From assembly GCA_938003925.1 (NCBI GenBank), contig CALKWQ010000023.1, forward strand, positions 82,885-146,884: a stretch of DNA of 64,000 nucleotides, given 5' to 3'. Under the pieces are notes generated by a model, which saw only the letters and a list, made by a program, of their open reading frames with translations, was not told where the DNA came from and ran no database searches. Of this stretch, positions 62,593 to 64,000 are shown piece by piece (within the stretch, counting starts at the first letter, position 1; each line of letters starts with the position of its first letter). The stretch comes from an uncultured bacterium. GTDB taxonomy: Bacteria > Patescibacteriota > Patescibacteriia > Patescibacteriales > UBA12465. Both the position numbers and the translations under genes were made by a program.

Positions 62593-64000
62593 ATGATTAC
62601 TCGTTACAAGTCCGGTCTCGGTACCGGCAAAGACAGCGCTGCTAACGCGGTGGCTAAAGCGCCCATCAGGCGTCGTTTCCCTGTGCGCACCCAACAGGTT
62701 TTTCGCAAAGAAGGCTCTGAAGATTATGTTAAAGTTATTGTTTTAGGTGGCTTAGAAGAAGTTGGTCGCAACATGACTTTAATTGAATGCAACCGTGAAA
62801 TAATCATTATTGATATGGGTTTGCAGTTTCCGGAGGAAGATATGCCTGGTATTGATTATATTATACCCAACATCTCTTATCTGCGGGATAAGACAGATTG
62901 GATTAAGGGCGTGGTTATTACTCATGGTCACTACGATCACATCGGCGGCATCCCTCATATTATGGGAGAAATTGGTAATCCGCCTATGTTTACCGGTAAG
63001 TTAACGGCTGGACTGATTCGTAAGCGCCAGCAAGAGCATAAAAATGCACCTCAGCCCAAGATTAAAGAAATTGATGAAAACACCGTGTTGCAATTGGGAG
63101 CTTCTTTCCGTTTAGAATTTACTCGCGTTAATCACTCTATTCCGGACTGTTTTGCAGTTATTGCTAACACACCTTTGGGAACTATTATGCACACTGGTGA
63201 CTTTAAGATTGACTTTACCCCGGTTAATGATAAACCGGCGGATTTACAACGCATTGCCCAAATTGGTAATCGTGGCATCTTAATGTTGATGTCAGATTCC
63301 ACTGATGCAACTCATGCTGGTTATCAAATTTCTGAATCCGCCATTGGTGAAGAAATGGGAAAAATTATTGAGAAAATTGAAGGTCGTGTTATCATTGGTA
63401 CCTTCGCATCTCAAATTAGCCGTGTGCAGAAGATTTTGGAACTGGCTAAACGTTATAATCGTCGCGTCAGTTTGCAGGGTCGGAGCATGAACACTAACGT
63501 GGAGATTGCCCATCAAATCGGTTATTTAAAATTTGACCCTAAAATTTTGATTGATGATAAAGAGCTTAACTCTTTACCCGATGATAAAGTTCTAATTATT
63601 GGTACTGGCGCCCAAGGCGAGGATAATGCTTTTTTAAGTCGCGTCGTTAATGGCGAGCATCGGGTAGTCAGCCTTAAACATGGCGATACTGTGCTTTTTT
63701 CCTCCTCGGTTATTCCTGGCAATGAACGTTCTATCCAAAATTTAATGGATATGGTGGTACGTCAGGGCGCAAAAATTATTCATTATCGCATGTTAGATAT
63801 TCACGCAGGCGGACACGCCAAGCAAGAAGATCTTAAATTGATGATGCGTTTAATCAAGCCGGAATATTTCATGCCCATTGAAGCCAATCATTACATGTTA
63901 CGTGCTCATGCTGAATTAGCCGAACAGGTAGGTATTACGCCCGAAAAGATTTTTGTAGCTGATAATGGCCAGGTTGTCTTGTTTAGAAAAGATGCGCGTG
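62593..64000 (+). CDS. rnj: ribonuclease J, N-terminal ~469 aa (3' end outside window; absent from the ORF track)
   Basis: My translation from the ATG at 62593: MITRYKSG...VKVIVLGGLEEVGRNMTLIE...ITHGHYDHIGGIPH (beta-lactamase HxHxDH)...DAGGHAKQEDL. The frame is open to the window end. Confidence 0.85.
   Translation, partial: MITRYKSGLGTGKDSAANAVAKAPIRRRFPVRTQQVFRKEGSEDYVKVIVLGGLEEVGRNMTLIECNREIIIIDMGLQFPEEDMPGIDYIIPNISYLRDKTDWIKGVVITHGHYDHIGGIPHIMGEIGNPPMFTGKLTAGLIRKRQQEHKNAPQPKIKEIDENTVLQLGASFRLEFTRVNHSIPDCFAVIANTPLGTIMHTGDFKIDFTPVNDKPADLQRIAQIGNRGILMLMSDSTDATHAGYQISESAIGEEMGKIIEKIEGRVIIGTFASQISRVQKILELAKRYNRRVSLQGRSMNTNVEIAHQIGYLKFDPKILIDDKELNSLPDDKVLIIGTGAQGEDNAFLSRVVNGEHRVVSLKHGDTVLFSSSVIPGNERSIQNLMDMVVRQGAKIIHYRMLDIHAGGHAKQEDLKLMMRLIKPEYFMPIEANHYMLRAHAELAEQVGITPEKIFVADNGQVVLFRKDAR

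Overview
The window is AT-rich and gene-dense, with short intergenic regions. It looks like a reduced-genome bacterium of the Patescibacteria/CPR type. That placement is an inference from gene content: many VirB2/TrbC-like small pilins, PEP synthase, bacterial Elp3, H+-pyrophosphatase, bactofilins, and almost no biosynthetic genes. The window spans the replication origin: rpmH-rnpA-yidD-yidC on the minus strand, then dnaA, an AT-rich DnaA-box region, and dnaN on the plus strand. Core genes present are ppsA, lgt, trxB, a class A PBP, glyA-folD, recQ, gdh, nusA, hppA, tig, smpB-ssrA, infC-rpmI-rplT, secG, and an RNase J gene that runs off the 3' edge and is missing from the ORF track. I found eight tRNAs and one tmRNA by hand folding. 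Three regions deserve most attention. (1) 30142-32470: directly after tRNA-His lie four miniature cassettes of 280-665 bp. Each has its own terminator hairpin, a near-consensus promoter, a tiny payload and a terminator, and each ends in the same 54-nt repeat whose last 10 nt copy the tRNA-His 3' end. This resembles serial site-specific insertion, but with units much smaller than known integrative elements and no integrase in the window. (2) 18846-19353: six copies of the 16-bp palindrome TGTTCTACGTAGAACA sit 3-4 kb from dnaA, next to a bactofilin gene. The palindrome is a symmetric variant of chromosomal parS. (3) 4759-7294: six tandem paralogous VirB2/TrbC-like pilin genes, plus two more copies elsewhere, with no secretion ATPase or channel gene nearby. 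All protein calls rest on motifs I recognise by eye. No database search was run, so functions are family-level hypotheses.
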